This document shows, one piece after another, positions 18,581 through 28,049 of a stretch of 64,000 nucleotides of DNA. Source of the stretch: Candidatus Zixiibacteriota bacterium (GTDB lineage Bacteria > Zixibacteria > MSB-5A5 > GN15 > FEB-12); contig JACZXB010000002.1 in assembly GCA_022571845.1 (NCBI GenBank), positions 173,925 to 237,924 on the forward strand, read 5' to 3'. Position 1 is the stretch's first letter. Every line of letters starts with the position of its first letter. The notes below the pieces were generated by a model, which saw only the letters and a program-made list of their open reading frames with translations, made no database searches and was not told where the DNA came from. The translations under genes were made by a program, and so were the position numbers.

Positions 18581-19837
18581 ATGTCATACTTAAAAGAATC
18601 AGACCCCGAAATATATCAGGCCATATTAGATGAAACCGGGCGGCAGGCTAACCAGCTGGAACTGATAGCCTCGGAGAATTTCGTTTCCGAAGCGGTCATG
18701 GAAGCAGTCGGTTCTGTCATGACCAACAAATACGCCGAGGGTTACCCGGGCAGGCGCTACTACGGCGGCTGTGAGTTTGTTGACAATGCCGAAAACCTGG
18801 CGCGTGACCGTTTAAAGGAATTGTTTGGCTGTGAGCATGCTAATGTACAGCCGCATTCCGGCTCGCAGGCCAATATGGCGGTTTATTTTGCAGCGCTAAA
18901 ACCGGGCGACAAAGTGATGGGGCTCGACCTCTCCCACGGCGGGCATCTGACCCACGGCCATCCCATAAATTTTTCGGGCTTTCTATACGACTTTACCGCC
19001 TATCAGGTTGAAATGGTTTCTGAAGTAATCGACTACGACAAACTGATAGAAACCGCCAAGAAAGAAAAACCAAAAATGATAATGGTCGGCGCTTCGGCCT
19101 ATCCGCGCATTTTAGATTTCGCCAAATTCCGTGAAGCCTGCGACGCCTGCGGCGCCTTGATGGTGGTTGATATCGCCCACATAGCGGGACTGGTCGCGGC
19201 CGGGATTCATCCCTCGCCGGTACCCTACGCCGATTTTGTAACTTCGACAACGCATAAGACTTTGCGCGGCCCTCGCGGCGGAATAATAATGTGCAAAGAA
19301 AAATATGCCGCCGATCTCGATAGAATGGTCATGCCGGGCATACAGGGCGGACCGCTGATGCATGTCATAGCAGGCAAGGCGGTAGCATTCCGCGAAGCAT
19401 TATCCGAAGAGTTCAAAAGTTATCAAAGAAAGATAGTCGACAACGCCCGCCGTTTGGCGCAAGCTCTCAAAGACCGCACTTACAAAATAGTGTCCGGCGG
19501 CACCGACACCCATCTGTTGTTAGTTTCGTTTTTGCTTGTCGACAAGCTGACCGGGAAAATAGCGGAGAAGGCTCTGGACAAAGCCGGTCTGACGGTGAAC
19601 AAAAACACGGTGCCATTTGATACCGAAAAGCCGTTTGTAACTTCGGGCATCAGAATCGGCACTCCGGCGGTCACCACCCGGGGGATGGGCAGCGACGAGA
19701 TGATTAAGATAGCGGGTTTTATCGACCGGGCTGTCAAAAACCGCAAAAATGACGAAGTACTGGCAGAGATAAAAGCCGAGGTGGCCGAATTATGTCGGAA
19801 ATTCCCGCTTTATCAAAAAAGATTACAGGAAGCATAA
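18581..19837 (+). CDS. glyA: serine hydroxymethyltransferase
   Basis: [37 protein letters not shown]. Start reset to ATG 18581 ([10 protein letters not shown]). Confidence 0.97.
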   Translation: MSYLKESDPEIYQAILDETGRQANQLELIASENFVSEAVMEAVGSVMTNKYAEGYPGRRYYGGCEFVDNAENLARDRLKELFGCEHANVQPHSGSQANMAVYFAALKPGDKVMGLDLSHGGHLTHGHPINFSGFLYDFTAYQVEMVSEVIDYDKLIETAKKEKPKMIMVGASAYPRILDFAKFREACDACGALMVVDIAHIAGLVAAGIHPSPVPYADFVTSTTHKTLRGPRGGIIMCKEKYAADLDRMVMPGIQGGPLMHVIAGKAVAFREALSEEFKSYQRKIVDNARRLAQALKDRTYKIVSGGTDTHLLLVSFLLVDKLTGKIAEKALDKAGLTVNKNTVPFDTEKPFVTSGIRIGTPAVTTRGMGSDEMIKIAGFIDRAVKNRKNDEVLAEIKAEVAELCRKFPLYQKRLQEA

Positions 19838-19840
19838 ATC

Positions 19841-20149
19841 ATGATATTTCAACTGACTATATTCCCGACAGATAAGGGCAAATCCGGCGTTTCAGCCGAT
19901 ATTGCCCGGGTTATTGATATTATCGACCGCTCAGGGCTGCCCTACAAAATCAACGCTATGTCCACTATTATTGAGGGGGACTGGGGCGAGGTTATGGCGG
20001 TTATTAATAAAGCCAGGCTTAAACTAAAAGAGACCTGCAGCCGACTATATATAGTAATCTCGGTTGATGATAGAGAGGGCGCCGGAAACAGACTCGAGGG
20101 CAAGGTTGGGTCACTTGAAACTGAATTAGGCAGAAAGGTCAAGAAATAA
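19841..20149 (+). CDS. MTH1187/YqgV thiamine-binding-like protein
   Basis: IFP...SGLPY...MSTIIEG...DDR...KV.S pattern. Confidence 0.8.
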   Translation: MIFQLTIFPTDKGKSGVSADIARVIDIIDRSGLPYKINAMSTIIEGDWGEVMAVINKARLKLKETCSRLYIVISVDDREGAGNRLEGKVGSLETELGRKVKK

Positions 20150-20481
20150 TGGAAAATATGAGAGTAGTATTCGTGACTGTCCCCATGGACATAGCCGATA
20201 AAATGGCCAAAGCGATTGTCGAAAAACGCCTGGCTGCCTGCACCTCTGTTATCTCTACTGTAAAATCATATTATTACTGGGAAGGTCAGCTAAAAGACGA
20301 CCATGAAAGCCTATTGATACTAAAGACCACTATGTCAAAAATAGACGATCTGATTACTTTTATCAAATCTGAACACCCTTACGATGTCCCTGAAATCATT
20401 GCTGTGCCTGTTGCTGAGGGGTTGCCGGATTATGTCAACTGGGTCATTGAAGAAACGGGCAAAACTGCCGAGACCGCCTAA
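20149..20481 (+). CDS. cutA: divalent-cation tolerance protein CutA
   Basis: RLAAC, SYYYWEG, HPYDVPEII. Confidence 0.93.
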   Translation: MENMRVVFVTVPMDIADKMAKAIVEKRLAACTSVISTVKSYYYWEGQLKDDHESLLILKTTMSKIDDLITFIKSEHPYDVPEIIAVPVAEGLPDYVNWVIEETGKTAETA

Positions 20482-20544
20482 TCAGCGGTTGATTTTCCAG
20501 CTATAGTCCGATATTTTCTGCAAGTGCTCCGGTAGCGCTTGACT

Positions 20545-21276
20545 ATGACTGACACCAAAAAAAATAACTATTCAGTGCCTTTCCTGGATCATCTGGAAGA
20601 TCTCAGGTGGCGTTTACTTAAAGCTGTTATTTCTCTAATAGTTGCTGCCGGCGGTTGCTTTTATTTCGCTGATTATATCGTAGCTTTTATTATCAAACCA
20701 TTGGGGGATACCAAGCTTTACGTGACCGAGGTTACCGGCTCTTTTTATGCCTATCTGAAAATTTCTCTTATTGCCGGCGTGATGGCCGCCTTGCCGGTTA
20801 TTTTTTATCAGCTTTGGTCGTTTGTTTCACCGGGACTATACCGGAGCGAGAAGATTCTGGTGCTGCCGCTGGTGGCAGTTTCAACTCTGCTTTTTTTAAG
20901 CGGGGCAGCTTTTTGCTATTATTTGGTGCTGCCTATTGCCTTGAGTTTCTTGATAGGGTTTTCAGGAGATTTGCTCAGCCCGATTATTACTGTTGGCAGC
21001 TATATTTCATTTATCGGAATGCTTCTGTTGGCTTTTGGCTTTGGTTTCGAAATTCCGGTCGTTGCTTACTTTTTGGGGAAAATCGGCATAATCTCTACTA
21101 AGACACTCAAAAAAGGCCGTCGCTACGCCATTGTATTAATTCTGGTATTTGCTGCTTTTTTGACGCCAACCCCCGATGTTGCCACTCAGCTGATGCTGGC
21201 TGTGCCGCTTTATATTCTTTATGAAATTTCAATTGTAATAGTTCACTTTACTGGCTATAAGCCTCAAAAAGAATGA
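20545..21276 (+). CDS. tatC: twin-arginine translocase subunit TatC
   Basis: FLDHLEDLRWRL, YQLWSFVSPGLY, FEIP, RRYA, TPTPD, LYE. Confidence 0.95.
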   Translation: MTDTKKNNYSVPFLDHLEDLRWRLLKAVISLIVAAGGCFYFADYIVAFIIKPLGDTKLYVTEVTGSFYAYLKISLIAGVMAALPVIFYQLWSFVSPGLYRSEKILVLPLVAVSTLLFLSGAAFCYYLVLPIALSFLIGFSGDLLSPIITVGSYISFIGMLLLAFGFGFEIPVVAYFLGKIGIISTKTLKKGRRYAIVLILVFAAFLTPTPDVATQLMLAVPLYILYEISIVIVHFTGYKPQKE

Positions 21277-21340
21277 TTAATTCTTAGCCTTGACAAAGAT
21301 GAGTTAAGGGATAAATTAGACCTGTTTGGTACCAAGGCCG

Positions 21341-21412
21341 GCGGGTGTAATTCAGCGGTAGAATGCAAGCTTCCCAAGCTTGACGTCGTGGGTTCGACTC
21401 CCATCACCCGCT
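21341..21412 (+). tRNA. tRNA-Gly(CCC), CCA not encoded
   Basis: GCGGGTG/CACCCGC acceptor stem, CAAGC-TTCCCAA-GCTTG anticodon arm, GGTTCGACTCC T arm. Confidence 0.95.
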
Positions 21413-21434
21413 ATTAGATTATGAAAGAGAGAAG

Positions 21435-22718
21435 ATGCAGATAGCAAATGTAGACCCGGATTCACCGCTGTTTGGATATGTCCGTCCCGGTTATAAGGTC
21501 GTATCTATAAACGGGGAAGCGGTTTTAGACGAAATAGATTTCCGGTACAAGACTACCGATGAGCAAATAGACATTCTGTTTGCGGATAAAGACGGGAAAG
21601 AGCTAAGCTTTCAGTTCGAGGAATACCTGCCGGGTGATCTGGGGCTGACATTTGTAAGCGACAAAATCCGCACCTGTAAAAACGACTGCATTTTCTGCTT
21701 CATCGTCCAGCAGCCGCAGGGGATGAGGCGCTCTCTATATGTCAAAGACGAGGATTATCGTCTTTCTTTTACTCACGGCAATTTCATAACTCTGTCAAAT
21801 ACTAACGATGAAGATATCGACCGGATAATTGAACAGCGACTGTCGCCGCTGTATGTCTCGGTGCACGCCACCGATGACAAACTTCGGCGCTGTATGCTAA
21901 AGAATGAAAAACTGGCGCCGATTGTGCCCTCGCTGAAAAAACTGGGTGATAACGGCATTATCGTGCATACTCAAGTAGTTCTCTGTCCGGGTATCAACGA
22001 CGGTGACCAGTTAGACAGAACTATCAACGAATTAGTGGAGCTGTATCCGAGCGTGGAGACATTAGCGGTGGTACCGGTAGGCTTGACAAAATACCGCGAC
22101 AACTTGCCCAACTTGCGCACCTATAATAAAGATGAAGCGCGCCAGATTATTAAGCTGGTTGAACAAATGCAGAAGAAACTCTTAAAAAAGATTGGCACCA
22201 GGTTTGTCTGGCCGGCCGATGAGTTTTTCGTTGTCGCCGAAAAGAAATTCCCTGCTTTATCTTACTACGAAGAAATGAATCAGTTTGAAAACGGTATTGG
22301 CATGGTTCGTGAATTTATGACGATGTTTAACCGCCGCCGTTCTCGCTTAAAAAAGATAAAATCCGGAAAGCGGGCTTTGTTTCTGACAGGAGCCTCGGCC
22401 TTTCCGTTTTTCAATAAAGAGATTCTGCCGTATATAACCGGTGAACTTGGGCTAAGAGTTGAAATAGATCTGGTCAAAAACCGTTTCTGGGGGGAGGGTG
22501 TTACAATCTCCGGCCTTTTGACCGGTCAGGATTTGCTCCGTCACGCCAGAAAAAATATCGAACGCTTTGACTGTCTGGTACTGCCGCCCAATTGTCTCAA
22601 TATGGACAATCTCTTCCTGGACAATCTTTCGTTAGAACAATTTCAATCGGTTCTGCAACAACCAGTTTATATTGGTCAGTATGATCTGGCCGCCACCTTA
22701 AAAGATTTATATCAATGA
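21435..22718 (+). CDS. PDZ / radical-SAM-like DUF512 Fe-S protein
   Basis: CKNDCIFCF, SLYVKDEDYRLSF, VPVGLT, QFENGIG, GLLTGQD; usual neighbour of der. Confidence 0.88.
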   Translation: MQIANVDPDSPLFGYVRPGYKVVSINGEAVLDEIDFRYKTTDEQIDILFADKDGKELSFQFEEYLPGDLGLTFVSDKIRTCKNDCIFCFIVQQPQGMRRSLYVKDEDYRLSFTHGNFITLSNTNDEDIDRIIEQRLSPLYVSVHATDDKLRRCMLKNEKLAPIVPSLKKLGDNGIIVHTQVVLCPGINDGDQLDRTINELVELYPSVETLAVVPVGLTKYRDNLPNLRTYNKDEARQIIKLVEQMQKKLLKKIGTRFVWPADEFFVVAEKKFPALSYYEEMNQFENGIGMVREFMTMFNRRRSRLKKIKSGKRALFLTGASAFPFFNKEILPYITGELGLRVEIDLVKNRFWGEGVTISGLLTGQDLLRHARKNIERFDCLVLPPNCLNMDNLFLDNLSLEQFQSVLQQPVYIGQYDLAATLKDLYQ

Positions 22719-24028
22719 GTCTGCCGATAGTTGCGATTATTGGGCGACCCAATGTCGGCAAGTCATCTCTTTTTAATCGGTTCCTTAAAAGAAAAATAGC
22801 GGTGGTTGATAAAACTCCCGGTGTTACCAGAGACAGAAACTATGCGGTTTGCGACTGGTCAGGAATTCATTTCAGGCTGGTTGATACGGGAGGGCTTGAT
22901 CTTGGCGAGACTGACGAATTCAAAAAACATATACACGACCAGGCCACATTTGCTATAAACGAAGCCGATCTGATATTGTTTTTGGTAGACGCCCGCACCG
23001 GTCCGACTGATCTTGATGTCACCATCGCCAAAAGTCTGAAAAAAACTATATCAAAAACGATTCTGGTAGCCAACAAGTGTGACGATGAAAAGCTGACAGA
23101 AGAACTTTACGAATTTATGGGTTTGGGCATCGGCGAACCTCAGCCGGTCTCGGCGACTCTGGGTCTTTATGTGGGGGACCTGCTGGACAAGCTGGTCGAT
23201 AAGCTTCCAAAAGAGAAAATCGAAAAAGATGATAATGAGGATGTAACCAGAATTGCTATAGTCGGACGCCCCAATGTTGGCAAGTCATCATTTATAAACA
23301 AGCTTATAGGCGAGGAAAGGCTGATTGTTACGCCCATAGCGGGTACGACCAGAGATGCGGTTGATACTCCCTTTGAATTTGAAGGTAAGAGCTATGTTCT
23401 GGTTGATACTGCTGGTCTGCGCCGACAATATAAAGTTCACGATGACATCGAATTCTACACCAGTATCAGAACCACCCGGGCAATTGAAAACTGCCACGTG
23501 GCTATTGTGCTAATTGATGCTGTAGAAGGCGTGACAACTCAGGATTTGAGAATTCTCGACCAGGTCCTCACTAACCGGCGCTCGGTTGTTATTGCCGTCA
23601 ATAAGTGGGATTTGATAGAAAAAGATTCCAAAACTGCTGATGAATTTACGGTAAAAATTAAAGACGTTCTGGCTAATCATGCCTATGCTCCTTTAATTTA
23701 TATTTCAGCTTTGACAGGACAGAGGCTGGAAAAAGTAATTAAGATCGCAACCGAAGTATACCGGAACTCATGCCAGAGAGTGGCGACTTCACAACTAAAC
23801 GAATTCTTAGAAGATGTAGTCAGGCGAAAACATCCGCCTGCCAGACACGGCAAGTACATAAAGCTCCTTTACGCTACCCAGACCGAATCTCAGCCGCCAA
23901 CTTTTGTCTTTTTCTCAAATCTGCCAAAGTTGATAGACAAATCTTACATCAGCTATATTTCTAATCAGCTGCGCCAGAAATTCAGTTTTGAAGGTGTACC
24001 CATACGCCTCAAGTTTAGAAAAAAATAA
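22715..24028 (+). CDS. der: ribosome biogenesis GTPase Der
   Basis: Two GRPNVGKSS P-loops, PGVTRD/GTTRD, NKCD/NKWD. Confidence 0.97.
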   Translation: MSLPIVAIIGRPNVGKSSLFNRFLKRKIAVVDKTPGVTRDRNYAVCDWSGIHFRLVDTGGLDLGETDEFKKHIHDQATFAINEADLILFLVDARTGPTDLDVTIAKSLKKTISKTILVANKCDDEKLTEELYEFMGLGIGEPQPVSATLGLYVGDLLDKLVDKLPKEKIEKDDNEDVTRIAIVGRPNVGKSSFINKLIGEERLIVTPIAGTTRDAVDTPFEFEGKSYVLVDTAGLRRQYKVHDDIEFYTSIRTTRAIENCHVAIVLIDAVEGVTTQDLRILDQVLTNRRSVVIAVNKWDLIEKDSKTADEFTVKIKDVLANHAYAPLIYISALTGQRLEKVIKIATEVYRNSCQRVATSQLNEFLEDVVRRKHPPARHGKYIKLLYATQTESQPPTFVFFSNLPKLIDKSYISYISNQLRQKFSFEGVPIRLKFRKK

Positions 24029-24055
24029 CCGTTCCTTTCTCAAAGAGCCAATTAC

Positions 24056-24082
24056 TAACAATTCCCAGTATCAAACCGATAA
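24056..24082 (+). promoter_or_regulatory. sigma28-like promoter upstream of the partner-switching genes
   Basis: TAAC(24056-59)-15bp-ACCGATAA(24075-82). Confidence 0.45.
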
Positions 24083-24093
24083 TCAGGACAGTT

Positions 24094-25386
24094 ATGCCTG
24101 TAACAGTTACAAGTCTCAGTCAGATAGAAAGTCTCGAAAAAAAGCTGGAATCCCAAAAAGCCGAACTTCGTGACCTGGCCACCATGGGCACAGTTATCAC
24201 TTCGATTCATGACATCGATGCAATCCTGTCAGTTGTAATGGATATGGCTGTTGGGCTGGTCAGCGGCGAAGTCGGAATGATTATGCTGGAGGAAAACTCC
24301 GAGCTGGTTGCCCGCATTTCATGGGGAATAGACGAAAAATTTGTGAGAGCGCTGGTTTATAAGGACGACGTTGATCTGGCCACTTACTGTTTCAAGAACC
24401 AAAAAACAGCCATCTTAAATGAGCTCTGTTTGATAAGCGACCGCCGACTGCGGGTTGAATCGGTCATTTGCGTGCCCATCAAAACCTCATCGAAATGTTA
24501 CGGGGTTAATGTCATCATTAACAAACAGGAAGGCGGTAGTTTTGAGCAGGAAGATATCGAAATTCTGCAAATGCTTATGAATTTTGTGGCCGTGTCTATT
24601 GACAATTCTACCTTGCTGCAAGAGAAGCTTGAAAAGCAAAAGATGGAGCAGGAGATTGCCATTGCTCGCCAGGTACAAAAAACTATTTTGCCGGAAAACA
24701 TTGATGACATAAAGGGAGTAGAAATAGGAGCCGAATATATACCGGCCAAAGATGTCGGCGGTGATTTCTATGATGTCATCAGGGCGAATAATGACAAGTT
24801 TGTAGTTGTTCTGGGAGATGTATCGAACAAGGGCATACCGGCAGCTTTAGTTATGTCCGCGGCCAGCGGCATAATTAAATCTGTTTTGGAATTTGAGCCA
24901 GATGTTGAACTGTCTTTGTTGGCTGAAAAGGTGAATAAGATCTTGTCCAAGGGAATTATTAAAGACCGGGAGACTTTTGTGACCCTGTTTTTTGCCAGAT
25001 TTGACTTAAAGGCAAAAGAGCTCAGCTATTGTAATGCCGGTCATTTGCCCGGGCTGTTTGCAACTTCTGCCGGCAAAGAAATCATAAAGCTGTCAATAGG
25101 CGGAACTCTCATCGGTCAATTTCCAGAGACGAAATACACTATCGGTAAAGTGCCGCTGGCAGCCGGCAGCAGACTTTTCCTTTTCACAGATGGCCTGACC
25201 GAGTCAGTCGATGCAAATATGAATCTGTTCGGAATAGACAGAACTGAAAAATTATTCAAGAAGGAATTAAAATTAAAGCCACAGCAATTCTGCCGGAAAG
25301 TCAAAAAGACAATAGATGAGTATTCTATTGGCTCAAAGATAGAGAGTACGGATGATTTTACAGTGCTTCAAATAAAGGTAAACTAA
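24094..25386 (+). CDS. GAF + PP2C (SpoIIE/RsbU-like) phosphatase
   Basis: N-terminal GAF (CVPI...NK...F...D), AR.VQ..ILP, VGGDFYD, GDVSNKG, NAGH, FTDGLTE, DDFT. Confidence 0.92.
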   Translation: MPVTVTSLSQIESLEKKLESQKAELRDLATMGTVITSIHDIDAILSVVMDMAVGLVSGEVGMIMLEENSELVARISWGIDEKFVRALVYKDDVDLATYCFKNQKTAILNELCLISDRRLRVESVICVPIKTSSKCYGVNVIINKQEGGSFEQEDIEILQMLMNFVAVSIDNSTLLQEKLEKQKMEQEIAIARQVQKTILPENIDDIKGVEIGAEYIPAKDVGGDFYDVIRANNDKFVVVLGDVSNKGIPAALVMSAASGIIKSVLEFEPDVELSLLAEKVNKILSKGIIKDRETFVTLFFARFDLKAKELSYCNAGHLPGLFATSAGKEIIKLSIGGTLIGQFPETKYTIGKVPLAAGSRLFLFTDGLTESVDANMNLFGIDRTEKLFKKELKLKPQQFCRKVKKTIDEYSIGSKIESTDDFTVLQIKVN

Positions 25387-25808
25387 TGTCTTTTAACAGG
25401 ACTTTCAAATATCTCTCAAATCCAGAGTCAGGCGAGCAGATGCTTGATGACTTAAACGACCTCTTAGATATCAGGGAGATTTCTCCTCAGCAGAAATACT
25501 CGTTTCTGTTGGCCATCTCAGAGGCATTTACTAACGCCATAATACACGGGAACCAGTGTAATCCGGAAAAAACAGTAAAATTAACGGTTATAGTAAATGA
25601 AAATGAGTTGTCTGCCGATATTGAAGACGAAGGTCAAGGTGGTCTGAAAAACATAGATAATAGGCAGCCATCGCAGCCGTTTGATGAAGGCGGCCGGGGC
25701 ATCGACCTGATTGAGCATTATGCTACAGCAGTGTGTTACTCAGAATCGCCGGCAGGAGGCTTGAAAGTAAGCATAAAGATACTTCGCCAAAAAGGAGTGC
25801 TAAAATAA
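25386..25808 (+). CDS. anti-sigma factor Ser kinase (RsbW-like HATPase)
   Basis: SEAFTNAIIHGN, DEGQG, GGRGI. Confidence 0.88.
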   Translation: MSFNRTFKYLSNPESGEQMLDDLNDLLDIREISPQQKYSFLLAISEAFTNAIIHGNQCNPEKTVKLTVIVNENELSADIEDEGQGGLKNIDNRQPSQPFDEGGRGIDLIEHYATAVCYSESPAGGLKVSIKILRQKGVLK

Positions 25809-25829
25809 GAACCGGGGCCGGAGGGAAAT

Positions 25830-26186
25830 ATGAATCTAAAGGTGAGAGAAGAAAGCGGTGCCAGAATAATTGCTCTGAACGGACGACTTGAGTTGACAAC
25901 CGGAAAAGAACTCAAGGAAAAAATAAAAGTGTTTTGCGATTCGGGAACAACCAGAATCCATCTCAATATGGAACAGGTAGAATTCATAAACAGCTCCGGG
26001 CTGGGAGCCTTAATCTCTGCCATGAAAGAAGTACGTCTTGTAAAGGGGAGGCTGACTTTGTCTAACCTGGCACCGTATGTCAGGGAGATTTTTGACATTA
26101 CTCAATTAGCACACATTTTTGAAATTCATGAAACAGAACAAGCCGCATTTGCCTCTTCGGAGTCTGTAACGGTCAGCCAAAGATAG
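25830..26186 (+). CDS. anti-anti-sigma factor (STAS, RsbV-like)
   Basis: LNGRL, FINSSGLG (phospho-Ser motif), IFDIT.L...F.I. Confidence 0.9.
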   Translation: MNLKVREESGARIIALNGRLELTTGKELKEKIKVFCDSGTTRIHLNMEQVEFINSSGLGALISAMKEVRLVKGRLTLSNLAPYVREIFDITQLAHIFEIHETEQAAFASSESVTVSQR

Positions 26187-26195
26187 CCAGCAGCT

Positions 26196-26600
26196 GTGAC
26201 AATAAATCAAACGGAGCAGCCATCAATCCTTGTAGTAGATGACGAATTATTGATTCGTGACCTGTTGTATGATTTTTTTAAGCAGCAGGGATGGACTATA
26301 GCCGTTGCGGAAAACGGTGAAAAAGCTCTCGAGATATTGAGAGCAAGAAAAATTGACCTGGTCTTGACTGACATAAAAATGCCCCAGATAGATGGTCTTA
26401 CTTTGACCTCGCAGGTCCGGGCCAAGTATCCAGATATGCCGGTTGTTCTTATGACCGGTTATCCATCGGTTGAGACCGCCGTTGAAGGGATCAGGGCCAA
26501 AGTTTCTGATTACATAATCAAGCCATTCAATATCAACAAGCTGTTTAAAACGTTAAAATCGCAGCTTGACGACAGCAATCCTTCATCAGACGAAGTATAA
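26196..26600 (+). CDS. single-domain response regulator
   Basis: VVDDE, TDIKMP, MTG, KPF. Confidence 0.9.
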   Translation: MTINQTEQPSILVVDDELLIRDLLYDFFKQQGWTIAVAENGEKALEILRARKIDLVLTDIKMPQIDGLTLTSQVRAKYPDMPVVLMTGYPSVETAVEGIRAKVSDYIIKPFNINKLFKTLKSQLDDSNPSSDEV

Positions 26601-26693
26601 AGCCAGTCTAAAGCAGTTAGTATCTCCAAAAAAAGTTTTAGTTGAAAAGCTTTGCCTGCCGGTCTACAATCAGCAGACTGGTAGCAAAGTTAT

Positions 26694-28049
26694 ATGGAAG
26701 AGAGGACAACCACAGCAATCAAGAAGATGACCGGGCAAACTGGTTCAACAGATGTCTCGAAATTTGCAGAATCCTATGCCTCTTTTAACCGCATAGTAAA
26801 TAGCCTTCAGCGCCAGTATATCGAACTTAAAGAAGAATTTACTGCTCAGAATTTAGAAGTGGCCAGAACCAACCTTAAGTTAGTCAGACTTACCAAGAGC
26901 AATTTGGCAGCCACAGAATTTTTGAATGGAGTGCTGAACTCTATCCCTATAGGAGTTATAACTGTAAACCAAAATTCTATGATCACACACTGTAATCCGA
27001 CTGCTATGGCGATTTTTGGCATAGCAGAGAAAAGCGTAATCGGCCGAAAATATTCAGAAGTAATTAAAACCGGGCACGGCCAATCAGCCGTTTCAGCGGT
27101 CAAGACATTTACGACAGGAGAAGAGTTTTCGGCTACTGAGCAAAAAATAACGTTGGCTGATAACAGAGAGCTGAATTTGTCAATCTCTACGGCAAAACTT
27201 GAAGATGAAAGCGGCAAATTTGTAGGCGCCGTAGAGGTAATTCAGGATATGACAAAGGTGCGGCGGTTAGAGCAGGAAATAGCCAGACTGAACACTCTGG
27301 CAGCGCTGGGGGAGATGGCAGCGGTCATTGCTCATGAAGTTCGCAATCCTTTGTCGGGCATAAGCGGTTTTGCATCGCTATTGGAAAGAGACTTAGAAGA
27401 TGACGACCCCAAAATGAAGCTGGTTCTTAAAATCAAGCGCGGAGCAGAAATTCTTAACGAGACAGTTACCAAGCTTCTAAACTATACTCGATTCAGCGAA
27501 TTAAACAGAACAGACAGTTCTTATCTGAAATATCTTGAATCAATCATCGAGGATTTCAACACACAATTAGCGGAAGCAGGCAAGCAGACCAAAGTTGATT
27601 TCAACTTTCCTGAATATCTGGCCAGAAGAAACGTAATTATTTCGCTGGACCAAATACTGTTTCGTCAGGCGCTCTACAATATTTTGACAAACGCGGTGGA
27701 AGCAATGGACGATAGCGGCAAATTAACAGTTGAAATAATGACTTATGAAGCAAACGACACTCCGGAGTTATTTAAAAACAAGCTGCCGCTGGAATTTGGA
27801 GAGCAGCTTTCGGTAACAACGATTAGTGACAACGGACCCGGAATAGAAGCTGAGCCTCGTGAAAAGATATTTGCGCCCTTTTTTACAACAAAAAAAGACG
27901 GTAGCGGCCTGGGCTTGGCTGTCGCCTGGAAATTGGTAAAGGCACATGGAGGAGAAATTCTTCTTGCAGAAAAGCAGCAGGAAGGAACAACTTTCCACAT
28001 TTTACTGCCGGCTAAAATTGACGCCGCACAATCGGAGAATCAACAATGA
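26694..28049 (+). CDS. cytoplasmic PAS histidine kinase (FleS/FlrB/FlgS-like)
   Basis: N-terminal coiled coil (ASFNRIVNSLQRQY), PAS, AHEVRNPL, NAVEAM, DNGPG, PFFTTK, GLGL; no TM. Confidence 0.88.
   Translation: MEERTTTAIKKMTGQTGSTDVSKFAESYASFNRIVNSLQRQYIELKEEFTAQNLEVARTNLKLVRLTKSNLAATEFLNGVLNSIPIGVITVNQNSMITHCNPTAMAIFGIAEKSVIGRKYSEVIKTGHGQSAVSAVKTFTTGEEFSATEQKITLADNRELNLSISTAKLEDESGKFVGAVEVIQDMTKVRRLEQEIARLNTLAALGEMAAVIAHEVRNPLSGISGFASLLERDLEDDDPKMKLVLKIKRGAEILNETVTKLLNYTRFSELNRTDSSYLKYLESIIEDFNTQLAEAGKQTKVDFNFPEYLARRNVIISLDQILFRQALYNILTNAVEAMDDSGKLTVEIMTYEANDTPELFKNKLPLEFGEQLSVTTISDNGPGIEAEPREKIFAPFFTTKKDGSGLGLAVAWKLVKAHGGEILLAEKQQEGTTFHILLPAKIDAAQSENQQ

Noticed and set aside
26601-26693. 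c-di-GMP-I riboswitch
   Set aside because: Partial P2-like words (AAAGC, GGTCTA, GGTAGC) are present, but the GGCAAA..GAAA..GACGC P1 is absent. The GGGCAAAC in the fliC leader likewise lacks the rest of the motif.
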